Shown: one piece after another, positions 1-14,405 of the stretch
Position numbering within the stretch: the first letter of the stretch is position 1
Layout of the letters: each line of letters opens with the position of its first letter
DNA from: Narcine bancroftii
Taxonomy: Eukaryota
Assembly: GCF_036971445.1 (NCBI RefSeq)
Contig: NC_091471.1
Location: forward strand, 289,044,001 to 289,108,000
Direction of reading: 5' to 3'
DNA length: 64,000 nucleotides
Translations under genes and position numbers: made by a program
The notes under the pieces: model-generated
Told to the model about the DNA's origin: nothing
Database searches by the model: none
Seen by the model: only the letters and a program-made list of their open reading frames with translations

Positions 1-1334
1 GGAAAAGTAGTATTCATGGGTTTTATTTTCAGGTTTTAAAGACAAAGTAAATTGTGTATTCATGACTACTTTCATTTGCCTCAACTGATTATATTTAAAG
101 TGTTTAAAATAGCATATCTAAATATTTTTGTTTCCTTCTTCCCCCACCCTATCTTAATATCAGTGTAGTGCATTGATGTTCCAAATGATGGCAGCATCAC
201 TTTGCTGATATGTGCACTAGTTTTGAATTTTGTTTTTCACTCAGATTTTCTCAAATCTGTTTTGGGTCATGAAACACTTGCATCTAACTATTCCAACAAA
301 AGCACTTTGTGTTTCTTCTGCTAATTCATTTAGTCAAATGCAATAAAGTCTTTAAAAAAAATTAAATTTTAAATCACAAATATGTTGGTATTGCATGGTG
401 AATTCATTGGTCCGTAATCACCAGAGAAAATTCTAAACTTTAGTTGATCTAATACATTTCCATCATCTGCAGCACATCTTTTTGTTCTCAATGTTGACCT
501 AGTCACATTCCATTAAATTCTGATATATAAATATTTTAATGTTAATTAATTAGTTACTAATTGGGATAACTAAGTACAGTATTTGGTAATAGTAGTGATT
601 TCTTTTTAAGCAATCTAGTGGTTTGAGCCAGGGATTCATGGACGTTTACATGCATCCATTTTCGATGATTTTCAGCAAACTTCATGTCTATTGTGATTTT
701 TATCTATGGAACAAATCAGCAATCGCTGTCACGATTGGATGAGTCTACAACATATTATCCTCTTGGTTTCTGGGTAAATGTGAACTTGCCCAATTTAGGT
801 TTGAAGTAGAGAAATTGTCTCATCAAATGATGGTCTCTCCAGCAGACTAATATATCATAATTATGCATTCTGTTCAACTTGGTACTGAATTTTCCAACTA
901 ATGCTAACTGACTTTAGTGCATGAATTTATTCTTTGAATTCTATTTGAAATGTTTGCATAGTGGAGTTTCACTGATCACTAGTGTCTCGATCTCTGTAAT
1001 CATAACACCTTGCAAATTTTTCTTGGGTTTGAAGAGAAATGGAACCTCCTTTTGTTGAATTTTTGGATTTGGTTGACCTTTTTCCTCTTGTGGGGGACAT
1101 AAAACCTTTGCAATCACAATTAAACTGCTACATGTCATCAACAATGCACTAGGGGCAAATATTCTTGAATTTATAACGTTTTTGGTGATGAGGTGAAAAG
1201 GGTGTGCAAAACAAGGGATGAAATTGTTGATGTAGTTATTTTAAAGAAATTAACTAAATCAGCAAGTCGACAATACAGTGTCAGCATTTCATCGCTGATC
1301 ATTTTACAAATAATAAGAACTTTTTTTATAATTT

Positions 1335-1560
1335 AGACATAGAGCATAATAACAGGCCCTTTCGGCCCATGAGCTCGTGCAGCCCAATTGACTTACAACC
1401 CCCATATGTTTTGAAGGGCGATTGGAAACCAGAGCACCAGAAGGAAACCCATGCAGACACGGGAGAATGTACAAGGTCCTTTCAAACAGGATTCGAGTCT
1501 CGGTCACTGGTGTTGTAACATATTGCTCTAGCTGTGCCTCCCTCTACACAAATTGTGCCG
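1335..1560 (-). mobile_element. SINE-like interspersed repeat (related copies 10945-11140 minus, 14435-14635 plus)
   Basis: Shared motifs (ggaaacccatgcagacacgggagaa, ggattcga, acaggccctttcggccc) in several copies. Confidence 0.7.
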
Positions 1561-2394
1561 CCATTTTAAGTAACCCACGTTTGTGCCTCAGCTAGATGTG
1601 AATAAGAAGAGACTGTCTTCATCTTGAGTAACTACCTAGAGCAAAGTGGATTCACTTACACTGCTGGTGGTGGTGTGTTTGTTTCAGGAACAGTTAACAA
1701 TCTTCCTCTACCTGTTCTAAAAATTTTGTAATGTTGAATTACAATACAGGTTTAGCTGGTTCCAACTATACGGCATCTAATTAAAAATGTGGTTACAAAT
1801 GACTTTTTGGAAGCAACATTGGGAAAGATCCAAAGATTGGTTAGTTTTGTTGTATTTTAATCACGCTTCCACATTGAACATAACCAATATTTTGGTTGTG
1901 GTACTGAACAACAATGAAAGATCATAGTTTTGAAAGTTGTATAATTGTTTGAGACTCTCCTTGTAAACTTTAACAATTACTTATGTGGGAGCCATCTTTT
2001 GCTCTCTTTATTCAGGATGCAGAGACCTAGTGTTTACTATTTCATTTATGTTGGGTCATTGCCGATTTTGCAAAGATGGAGGTTTTATTAAATGGTGATT
2101 GGAGGTGTATTTGTAAACAAAGTAACCATTGTTCAGGTAGATTTGTGTTATGGGTAAAGCCTCTTTAAATTCCTGTTCACTCATTTTGGCAGCTGCAGTA
2201 TGTTCGTAAGGATTATATATTTGTATCTGGCACCAATTTCATCAATGCATCAAGTTTTTTTTTACATTTATATTTGTACAGAACATCAAACTAATGCCAG
2301 GAGCTAGTGGTCTGATGTCTATTGCAGTTGGTATTGAATACTTTGATCATATCCCAGAAACAAATACAAATGTAGATTTATACAGATTCATAAT

Positions 2395-3040
2395 TATACA
2401 GTACAGAAGCAGGCCATTCTAGTATATAGTCCTGTCCAAGTGTCTAACATATCTACCTTTACCACCACCTCTGATGGATTGTTCCAAACACATACCTTCT
2501 GTATGGGAAAAACTTGCTCTGCAGATTCCCTTTAAATCTTTCCCCTCTCAACTCAAACCTATGCCCTCCAGTTTTGGACTCCTCTACCATGGAAGAGGAG
2601 TGTGACTATCTATCCCTCTATAAGATGTTCTCCTCAACCTCCTTTTCTCCCAAAAACAGTATCAGTGTCTCCCTGGAGCACAAGCCCTCCAGTTCAGGCA
2701 ACATTCTTGTGAATCTTTTTTGCAACCTCTCGAGCTTAAGCACATAGTTCTGGTAACCAGAACTGCACATCATTCAAATGCAGCTTAACTAATAATTTGT
2801 ACAACTATGACATACCAATTACTGTACTCAATGTCTTGCCCAGCAAAGCATTTTCACTACTCTTTTCACCTGGGAACAATGTACCCCAAGATCAAGTTAT
2901 TTAATATCACTCCCATGCCACTGCCATTCATTGTGTATGTTCTGGTTTAATTTCCAAAAATGCATAATTTTGCATCTACATGACTTAAGTTACAGCAGCT
3001 AATCCCTTGCCAACCCACTTTGTTGGTCGAGATCTTGTTA
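2395..3040 (-). mobile_element. Degenerate CR1 LINE 3' fragment
   Basis: Similar to the better-preserved CR1 copies at 8.9 and 13.6 kb (ccagaactgcac, ccctttaaatctttcccc). Confidence 0.7.
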
Positions 3041-6000
3041 TATAAATGTACTTGCATTTATTTTCCACTATTGGATCACATCTGTTAAGGGTAAATGTAG
3101 CAATCTGATTGTGCCAAACAAGTTCTCAACAAAGTTCTCTAATGATGGTAGTAAAAAAAAGAATGTTCTTTCTTTGTCTTCACAATTTACCACGGAATCT
3201 TTTGATGTCCACAAATAGACTTGAGGAGGGCAGGAATCAAATAACACATGTAGCACATTTCTGATTATACATTCTTCAACATGGGCTTGAGCACTAAGTG
3301 GGCCAGACTGGTGATCAGAAAGGAGCACCTCCAAGAACCAAGTTGTATTCACTAGTTTTAGTCTCTGGAGTCATTTGTCAGGCCTATACTTAGAAAATGG
3401 GATGATAAGCTTTCAAAAGCTTGGAATTAGTGTTCAAAGCAGGCAGAATTCTGACTGTTGAATGTAAATTATTAAAATGAGCCAGTGGTATTGTTTGACC
3501 ACTGTCATAATTTTTGGCCATGGCCTAGGAAACAAAGTTAATTGAAAATGACAAATACTTTTAATTATTGCTCAAGTGCACCCGCTCCTTCCTCTACATT
3601 TTGCCAATAGTAAACTTAAAATTCTTGTTCTGATTAATTAGATCTAAAAATAATTTTGATAATACTGGTTGAAGTGAGGCAACAATTGCTGACTGAAAAA
3701 TTAATCTTTTCAGTCTGTCTAAAGTGTTCGATGTGGCCTCAAGATTTAGTAATACTAACCATGGATTTTGGGGACCAAATATAAAATTTAAATCCATCTT
3801 TCCTATAATCTATACCCTTGAAATTGATAATAAGATAAAGATGGGTTTCCCCCCCCCCCCCCCCCCCTTAAACACAAGACACAAGCCCTTCAAAAGGAAT
3901 GCCACCCAGACATCAGAAGTCATGGTGAGATGAAAGCTATATATTTCCTTCAGGCTGATTTGAGTCAATGTTAGATGAGGTTAGCAATAGATAAGGTATT
4001 GAGGCCACTGTTCAGCTTTGTGATTTCCATGAATTTGGGTCTGTTTCATGGGTTCAAAAGCATCTAGAAATCAGTTCATGCAGTTTCGAAAATTGTGCTA
4101 AATGGTTGGGGGGGGGGGTGTGGGGGGAACTGAGAAAAAAAACTAAGCAAATAACTACAAACATGGAGAATGAATTTCATAAGTTCAGCTGCAGAATACT
4201 TTTCTGGTTTGAATTTTAAAGGGTAAAACTTAATTTGTTGCTTTCTTATTGGACAAATGAGATCAAAATAAGCATAATTGTGACCAAATATGCATTTTTT
4301 ATACCATAAATGTTGAAGTCAAAAGAAACAGGTCAGTAAGATGTGATGTCACATTCTATTCGTCATGTTTTAAGAGGTGAACATGTGCATTCTACTGAGT
4401 ACACTTTCCTGCATTCTAATGAAAACTGGAGAACTGTACTCCATTTGGAGCCATTTTTCATTACGTTTCATAAATGAACTGATCACTTGCTCTGATCTCA
4501 ATAGTCTGAAGTTTAGCTCTTTTTAAATTACAGAAATAATGTTCAATTCTGTCAATTTCTTGAGTCTTTCTATTATCTCTTGACTCCAAATGAATAATCT
4601 ATTCTTGATTTGTTTTTGCTTTAAATCACATTCAGCATGATTTCTGTCACTTTTCCTTTCTAGTTCTATAATTCTTTCCAGAATTCAGACTATTTATGTT
4701 GAACAAAGTACCTCTGGACCACAAAAAAGATCTGTCCAAAACAGTACTTTTATATTTCAGTAATGAAGTAAAATTCACAAGAGGTGAATGGTTTTATCTG
4801 ACCTTGTCACTCTGGATATGTGTTTGTATGGTTTGTTTTGAGGTTATTAGGATCATTGATGTACAGATTTTTATAAGAAGTTGCTGTTTTTCACTATATT
4901 TCATAATTGATGTACAGTCCAGTGGAAAAACAATAGGCCTGGAAGCATATTGACTGGAATAAATACTCTTTGAAATAACACCCAGGGTCCTTTTTGATAA
5001 CCTTTTTTTTTCTAGCCTCTTTTCCATTTTGGATTGTCTTTTATTTTGGACCCATCTTTTAAATTCAGCATAAATAATTGGTAACTTTTTGATGGAACAC
5101 TGAAGTTGTACTCCACTGGTGCCCTTTTAGCCTTGTTTGCAAGCATAACATCCAGAATAGTGTTTATTTTCTTGCTTACAAATGGATTCTGGAGTCAAAT
5201 TACAATCTGGCACTGGTGTTATACTGCAGTTTATTGTACACCAAAAGTTGCAACACATTAGCTTGTGGATAATTGTGACCTAGTGAAAAACATGTTAAAA
5301 GTTGAAAGAAATTCTACACAAGGTTTTTGAACTGACAGCTAAAATTAATTCTAGTACCAGCCTGAACTAATATTTAACTGCATAAAATAATGTGATGAGA
5401 AAGTCTTGTATTTTGCATCCAAATTTGGTGGATGTAAGGATGTGAAAATTTAACTATTTAAGCCTGATTCTGACTTTTGAATAACTTTTGGGGTTTTTTT
5501 TAGCCCTACATTGAATCCTTGGTGTTGATCAAATTTAAACTAATCCTTGTCTTCAAAATTTATTTGCCTAATCCCTGCCTCCAAAACTTTTTAGCACCAT
5601 TCCTCCCTAACACTTCATTCTTCTGACTACAGTCTATTTATTTTTTTGTAATCCCTATGCAACAATTTTAACTATACTTGCCTTAAAAACACCTACAAGT
5701 GTTCTTAGTCTGCAGATGATCATTTCCATCAAATATCTGGATTAAAAGTTGTAGTCCTTAGTTCTAACTAGTAGAAATTGCAGAAAGGAAACAAATGCAG
5801 ACCCCTAAGTACCCAGAACACTTAATTTATCCAATTTTTCTGCTGCTAAAACTCTTCAACAGTGGGCCACAGGTGCCAAGTGCTTTCTATTCACTCATTA
5901 AAATGGGTGTCCTTCATGACCTATGGCAGTTTCAGATGCATTGTGGTGTGACCTAATTCTTGTATGGTTGTCACTTAGAGCAGAAACCTTTTAAGTGTTA

Positions 6001-8859
6001 AATAACCAGAAACGTAGGGACCCCCCCCCCCCCCCATACACTCAAACACACATTCCCATATTCATTCCAGGCATTGTAAAACCAGTATCAGTGGCTGATT
6101 TAAGTTATGTAACAACGCTTGAACTTTGTACTGGTTCCTTCTGGTCTTGCATTCAACTCAATCAATGTAAACAAATGTTGAGTTATAAATTTGCAGATAA
6201 GTTAAATCTGCTTTCATAAGAAATACCAGGTCTCTGCTTGTTTGTAGTAAAGTCGTCAGTTAAATTGATTTCTTTTGAAACAGAAGAAGCCCACTGACTC
6301 AGATTTGCTTCCCTTTCTATGGCTCAAAATTTCAGTTCCAAAGTTTTAGTCCTTTCATATATTGCCTGATTTTCCATATTGTCTCTGAGGCTTTTTAATA
6401 TCTATCATCCAACTATATGGACTATTGGCCAAGCTGAAAATGGCAAACAACAAATTGGTCTGTAATCGGTGTGTTTTAAGCAGAAGTTAGTGGCACTGTC
6501 TTAGATTTTCTTTGTCATTGCATGTGGAAGTTTAAATTTGGGAGAAATTGGCCTCCTGTTTAATGCATCTTTATATCCTAAAATTAGATTAAAATTTATA
6601 TTAGTGATTGAAATTTATTCTGAGATCATTGTGTCTTCAACATTTTCCCTCTAATAAAGCTATTTTTTAAGAGAACCATGATTAAATCCTATATCAGTGC
6701 CTGGAATTGATGTTGATGCTTTGCTTAGGTGACTTCATTGTTACATATGCAGAATGTTCTCTTTTTACAAAAGCAACTGGATCCTGATAGGCAGTCATCA
6801 TCTCCTTTGCACAACTTCCAAGAGGAAAATTCCAGAGTGAACGAAGAAAGAATTAGGCTAATCTAGGTAAAGATTTGGTAAATCTGGTAAATATTTTGTC
6901 TTGTCATAGGACACGTACTCCTTTTCCCCCACACACGTCCTCAGGTGAAAGGTTAATGAGTCCACACGTGCTTGAATTATTTTCCAAAGGTACACTCTAA
7001 AGTAAAAATCCTTCTTAAACTTAATGCATTGGTTCAGGATTATTTTGTCTTTTTCTAATATCCTCTTTAATATTTTTATTGGTTTTACGTGTGCAAAGCA
7101 TTTATAGAATGCACAATAAAAATGACAGGTTACATAATTCAGCAAAATATCAAGGGCCATAATACAAAAGCACATCTAATAATTTTATCACAAATAGCTG
7201 TGTCTCTAAACCTCATCCCCATACCAGTGTTGTATGGCTAAAAAAAAATGTACTTTGTTCCTGGTGTAAAACGGCAAAGTACTGAAGTTTAGGATTTATA
7301 TTATGCCTAAAGGTGGTGGAAATAACTCTGGAATGGTCCCCACAACATTTGAAACCTTGTATTTGAGTTATTAGTTGAATAATGAATCTTTTCTAAATTT
7401 AAACAGTACATAATGCCCCTCAGCCACTGAGCATAGGTGGGCAGGCACCATATTTCCATCTGTAGTATTGCATGTCTGGCCAAAAGAGAGGCAAAAGGCA
7501 AGAGTAGAACACTTGATTGGAGTTAAAAGAATGGCATCCTCTCTAATACCGAAAAGAGCAACCAAAGGATTAAACTAGATTTAAATTAAGGATAAAGTTT
7601 GAAACACATTCCTATAGTATTTTTCAAGGCTAGGACTCGTCCAGAACATGGATTAAAGAAGCCTCTCTCTTAAATTTATCATAAGAATTTACATCGGAAT
7701 ATATATGAGATAATTTAACTTTAGACAATGACGAGCACTTAAGGATGTTTTATTAACCATCTTAAAAATTGAATCCAAAACTTTGATAGTGAAAGGCTTA
7801 AATCCAGGCATTTTTAATTTTAACTCGAGGGGCATGTCTTAAAGCTGCCAATTTATCATAGATAATGGATATTAATCTTTGCGAGAAAGTTGTAAACAAA
7901 AAAAAACATCAACATCATTCATATGATTATCCAAAACATGCATGTTGATTTGGAATTAAACCCTTGGGAACTTAAAAAAAAAGTTTCCTATGCTACCACT
8001 GCATTATATATTATTTTGCAGCTTTTCTTCTTAGTTTTGCAGTGTCATTTTCTAATATTGCATGGTCAGATAGATTCACTTTTGAGAATTATAAAGTGAT
8101 AAGACTAGGTCTTTAAGTAGTTTCATTGAATTTGAAATGTAGCAAATGGGATTTTTTTTAAGGGTTGCTTGAGATATCAGAAAGTGGAACTCACTTTGTT
8201 CTGCTCTTGGTGTAATTGGCCTTGTGGAATTTTTACATTGAAAGAGTTTGATTTTAATTTAAGTGTTCATCACTCTTCAGTTTGCAAAGGTGAGAGACAC
8301 CCCCTGGTTGTTTTATCTTAACTTTAGTTACTCCTGAAACTAATGCACAATTGCAGTGTGCCCTGATTCTTGTCACTCATTGTTTAATTAATAAAAAAGT
8401 TATTGAACTTCCATGTCTTTCTGAAGATACAGCATTGCAAATTGATATTGCAAGTCTTGGTTTTAACAACAATGAAATTTCAGTGCCTAATTTCATGCCT
8501 GAATTGTTTAACAATAAACGAGCATTGATGGCCCAGTCTAATTTGAAACAGTTGCACTCTGTAGGTAACTCCTTCATGAGTCTACCAAGCACAAACAACT
8601 TTTTTTTTCCAAAATTATTTAACTGGTTAATTATACTGCAGGTTTCTTTCATCAGTTTTTTCTCTTTTTCCTGTATCTGACAACATATTCTAGATGCTGG
8701 TTATAAATGTTGACCAGTTTGTCCATTTGACCATTATTAATTTCCAGGAGTAGGGAATTACAGCAGTGGTGCATCTGTTAAACTATTTCTGCTCCCAGTC
8801 CAAGGTTGGAACACTCCTTCCGCCAATGCAGTAAACTGGGTCATCAGATCTGGTAAATA

Positions 8860-9430
8860 ACATAACATATAACAACAATTACAGCACGGAAACAGGCCAT
8901 TAGGCCCATCTAGTCCGCACCGAACCAAACACCCCTTTCTAGTCCCACCTCCCTGCACAATGCCCATAACCCTCCATCTTCTTCTCATCCATATACCTGT
9001 CCAACCTTTTCTTAAATAATACAATTGACTCCGCCACCACTATTTCTCCCGAAAGCTCATTCCACACGGCTACCACTCTCTGAGTAAAGAAGTTCCCCCT
9101 CATGTTACCTCTGCCCCTTAATTCTTAACTCATGTCCTCTTGTTTTAATCTTTCCTCCTCTTAACGGAAATAGTCTATCCACATCCATTGTCTATCCCTT
9201 GCATAATCTTAAATACTTCTTTCAAATCCCCTCTCAACCTTCTACGCTCCAAAGAATAAAGATCTAATCTGTCCAATCTCTCCCTATACTCTAGATGCTT
9301 AAACCCAGGTAACATTCTGGTAAACCTTCTCTGCACTCTCTCCACTCTGTTTATATCCTTCCTATAATTAGGCGACCAGAACTGCACACACAACTCCAAA
9401 TTAGGCCGCACCAACGTCTTATACAATATT
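8860..9430 (-). mobile_element. CR1 LINE 3' end
   Basis: ORF 9175-9486: LYKTLVRPNLELCVQFWSP...ERVQRRFTRMLPG...LERRRLRGDL; taaca-type microsatellite tail. Confidence 0.9.
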
Positions 9431-12400
9431 TGGTTCATAGTCTCAGAACCATGTTTATCCAGCACTTTTCCATACTTCCTGCCCACCCCTGCATTACGAT
9501 ACTTTGGAGAACAGAAATTTATCCTTAATGAATGAACAAATCACCACTTGATTGATGGAAAATAAAAACTTGCTCTTCTAAATTTATGAATTTTTTGACA
9601 CAATCGTAGGAGACACAGCTTAATGTCACAGCAGATCACAATGACAAGTGTTTTCTTGGACCACTCCATCCTCCTCCCCCCCCCCCCCCCAGTAATATGG
9701 GAGTTGCCTCCACTAAAATCATTGTAATTTTTCAATTGTACTCTGCTGCAACACCACTTTTTAGTGTCAGTAGATTGCTTGCAATAGAGCATCATTTCTC
9801 AAGTAAATAAGTCATTTTAATGATGGTGGAGCATCAGCAAGAATCAGATATCTTGAAGGCTAATAGTGTAAGTAAAAGAAACCCAGACTGCATTTTTCTG
9901 GGTTTTTAAAAAATTTCTCAACCTCTTTTTGAGACAAAACAGAAAATTGAGGTAATACCCAGATGCAGAAAAAGTAACAATTAACATTTCAAGTTGAATA
10001 GTTTCTTCTGAAATGTTAACTTTCCACTGACACTGCCTCATCTCCCAAATACTTCCAACATTTTCTATTTTCTTTCAAATGTTTTGTTATTTTCCTTTAT
10101 TATTGTGGGGGGGGGGGGGGGAATGTTCCTTTTCCTTATTCTCTTATCAAAGCAAGCTAGTGTTGGTTGGGTTTTCAGTCTCGTGAATGTAGAAACAGGC
10201 ATTTGCAAACCATGACCAGGGAGCCTCTAAATAAGATTTCCATCACCAGTTCCTGCTCAATATTTTAAAACGTTCTTATGGCCAGATGAGTGGGGACAAA
10301 CAAACAAATCTTGTATAGATATCTCCTTTAAAATAAAGATTACCCAATATTTCAGAATTCCAGTCCCCTTGGTACACTGTTTAATAATTAAACCACTGAG
10401 AGTGCTGATGAATATAACAGGTTAATTTCTCTTTCTATTCATTTTTTGAATATTGTTGCATAAATAGTTAGCGATGGTGACATTATCGGTGGAGCTGATA
10501 CAAAGGATTAACAATCTGAGGCTATGAACCACACTGCTTGGTTGACAAAAATCTGCATGGCTTGATTGTGGACCACTTGTGACAGGTAAGAATACACATT
10601 TAAAACTTTGTGTATATATGTATATCATCTCCACTGTCTGGATGAGATGGTGTGATCAGGAATTACCACTAAACAGTTCTTACATGATGTCCATGATACA
10701 TGAAACAAAAGGCGTGTATCTTCTGGTTCAATTAAGAAATGTCAATATTGCATAAAGCTATGAAGACCAAGAAATTCCTTAATGACCATGCAGTAACACC
10801 TCATCAAACAGCTTCTGATCATTATCCAAAGGGAAGAATAATGTAACAATTGTTTTAAGTCATAACCACTAATGAATATGCGAGGATCAGTAAATTGAAT
10901 AGTTTTGGGGAAAAACAAGAGATTTTATATCTACATTTTAAAATATAGACATACAGCATGGTAACAGGTTGTTCCAGCCCAAGAACCCATGCTGTCCAAT
11001 TGACCTACAACCCTGGTACATTTTGAAGAGTAGGAGGAAACCCATGCTGACATGGGAAGGACGTACAAACTTCGCAGACAGCGCTGAATTCGAGCCTTGG
11101 TCACGTGTCATGCAAGCATTGCACTAACCGCTACACTAACTGTCACTCTGGGATGGGAAAATATCCAGTGAGTAGAGGAACTGGGAGAAGACACTAGTGA
11201 ATGGGGCATTTGGCTGAGGGCAGCAATAATTGTTGATATAGGTTAACAGCAATCCTGGGATTGCCGTTCACGTGAACCCAAACAGGAAGCAACAGTTCCA
11301 CTCCATCAAACTTGTTTTATGACATTTAATAAAGGAGTAAATAAAGAAACTTTCCAAAGGGGACAAACTTTACAAAGCTGAGGGCGTTGAAGACAAACAT
11401 GGTGAATTTTTAACATAGAGACATTGTGATCTGGGATCCATTGCCTGTCTAGTGTGGTGGTAGGGCCGGGAGCAATTACAATTTTCAGATGAGAATTTGT
11501 ATGGTAATACAAATGCAAAGATGCATGTTAGAAGCCCTGATGATTTTTGTACAGGTATTTCCATTCTTAATGGGTTTCAAGGCCACTTGTGAAATTGGTT
11601 TTTGTAGCCATTTTGTTACTGACAAGGAGCAAACTTCATGCTTTCTACTCATCAATATGTTGTAATAATTCTTGTTTCATCCTTTCATTTTATTATCAAT
11701 TCCCCAACTACCAAAAGAAGTGAACCCAACAATGTTCCATGCCAACTCCCTCAGCCTGACATCCCACCCAACTACTATGGAGGTAAAAATTGAGTTTCAA
11801 ACAATTTGTTTTTCTTTAACATATGATACATGGTCATGGCTGGCAATACCAACATTTCTGGTCAAGTAAGGTTTCGCAAGGGGCTCCTATTAACCTATGC
11901 CCTCAACTAAAGTCCCCATCAATTGTCCATAGCTAATTCCCCTCCAAATAAGGAGGTAGTCGAGAGTCTTGACATTGGCATATAGACCAGCTGTGGAAAG
12001 ATGGAAAATTGCAGTCCCTGAGAGACATTGTGAACCTGACTGGATTTTAAAATAGTCTCATCACTTCATAATAAATAACAAATGTAGAATTAAGACATCA
12101 CGAGAATTTAAATTCTGCAGCAACAATATTGGGATTTGAATTTGTTTCTCTTAACCAATGGTCCAGAACTGCCTGCAAGTTGAGTAACTTGTACACTTCA
12201 CTGCTCCTATGATCAAATGAGACACCATTGTCTGACGCCCTCACAGTGTAGAATCATTACACAGGAGACCATTTAAAAGACCTCATAGGCTTTGCAATCA
12301 ATTAAATCCTTTCAAAACAGGAAACACATTAATACATTGATGTACAATCCAGTAATAGGGGTTCAATTTTGACAAAAGGTCTTGTAAGTATTATGTTTGC

Positions 12401-12449
12401 ATAGTCTCTCTGATCTTGTTTGTTCTTGGGGCATGGAATATTTTTACAC

Positions 12450-12975
12450 AGAACACAATGCTGTACCGTCCAATAGTACATAAACCTACTCAGTTATCTA
12501 AACCTTTCCTACCTTACACTCATGCCCTCCATTTTTCTTGCATCCATGTGCCTGTCTGAGTCTTCTAAATGTCCCTATTGTACCAACCTCCACTGCCACC
12601 CATGGCAATGCATTCCAAGCACCCACTACTCTGTGTAAAATAAGAGAATAAATAAATAATGCCCCTGACATTTCCCCTAAATTTTCTTCCCCTCACCTTA
12701 AACAGATGTCCTCTGGTATTTGCGACTGTCACCCTGGGGAAAAGGTGCTGTCCATCCACCTTATCTGTGCCTCTCTATAAACTTGTAGTCTTCTATTAAA
12801 TAAACTCTCTTCCTTCTTCCCTACAAAGCCTGAAGTTGGTCAACCTTGCCTCATGGGACACATTCTGCAATCTACACAACATCTTGGTAAATTTCCTCTG
12901 CACCCTCTCCCTAGCTTCCATATCCTTCCTGTAATTAGGTGACAGAACTTAATGCAATATTTCAAGTGTGGTCAG
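12450..12975 (-). mobile_element. CR1 LINE 3' fragment
   Basis: LFPRV...TRGHLFKVRGRKFRGNVRG motif. Confidence 0.8.
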
Positions 12976-13544
12976 TTCTTCCCTAGGAGCTCCAGTTTCT
13001 TCCTAAAAATACAGATTTGTAGTTTATTTCACTATTGTAAGTCCCTCTTGTGTATGTGAATAGAAGAATTGTGAGGAGAATAGGTTACTGTGGGAATGGG
13101 ATTGCCTGTGAGTTGGTGTAGATTTGATGAGCCAAATGGTTTCCTATGACATTTGGAGAGACAGAATATTGAGGCATGAATAAATGTTGGTCAAAGTATT
13201 GTGTCTATTCTTGAAAGGACTTATTCTCCTGTAAATCGTGGAATTATATTTTTTTAAATGTAATCTCTCCCTTTTTGAAAGTTTCCTCACAAAGATGTCA
13301 ACTCTCCTGTGTGTGCCACCTTTGCAGTACCTTGCTCACATGATAATGATAAGTGAACCATGGACATCAGGAGGAGGCCACTGAATGCACTTTGTCCTTG
13401 GCTCCAAATTTGTTGGTTTTATGAAATGGGGATCCTCTTTCTTTTTCCCCCCACTTTGCATTCTCTCCTCCCACCCTAATTTCCTCCAAACTCAAGTACA
13501 ATGAAACCTTACTACTAAAGAAATCAGTAGAAACTGTGGAACTA

Positions 13545-14405
13545 ATAGAACCATAGAATGGTATAGCACGGAAAACAGGCAGTTTGGCCCTTCTAGTCTG
13601 TGCTGACCATTATTTTGCTAGTTCCATTGATCTGTTTACATTCCATAATCCTCCAGACCTCTCCCATCCGTGTATCTATCCAATTCATTCTTAAAACTCA
13701 AGATCAAGCCTGCATTCAGACAGCTCATTCCACACTCCCACCATTCACTGAGTAAATAACTTTCCCCTAATGTTCCCCTTAAATCTTTCCCCTTTCAGCT
13801 TATTGTATTTATCTCCCCCAAACTAAGTGGGGATAAACCTACTCGCATCCGCTGTCTACACCTCTCATAAATCTTGTAAACTTCTATCAAATCTCCCCTC
13901 ATTCTTCTTTGGTCCAAGGAATAAAGTCCTAACCTATTTACTCTTTTCCTGTAACTCAACTCCTGAAGACCAGGCAGCATCCTGGTAAATTTTCTCTGCC
14001 CTCTTTCAATCATATTGATGTCCTTCCTATAATTTGGTGACCAGAACTGCCCACAATATTCCAAATTTGGCCTCACCAACTTGAACATAACATCCCAACT
14101 CCTATGTTCAGTACTTCGATTTATAAAGGCTAAGATGCCAAAAGTTTTCTTTACAACCCTGTCTACCTAAAGGTACCTTTCTACCTTTAGGAAACAATGC
14201 ATTCCCAGATTTCTCTGCTCCTCCACATACCTCAATGCCCTACCATTTACTGTGTATGCCCTTCCAAAATGCATCACCTTACACTTGTCTACATTAAACT
14301 CCATCTGTCCTTTTTGACCCATTCTCCAAGTTGATCCAGATCCTGGTGTAAGCTTTGAAAATTTTCCTCGCTGTCCACAACACCTCCTATCTTTGCGTCA
14401 AATCA
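13545..14405 (-). mobile_element. CR1 LINE 3' fragment
   Basis: LVRPNLEYCGQFWSP...RRMRGDLIEVYKI. Confidence 0.88.

Noticed and set aside
4753-4775. Possible 23-nt micro-exon (tttcAG...GTgaat)
   Set aside because: No other exons or homology to support it
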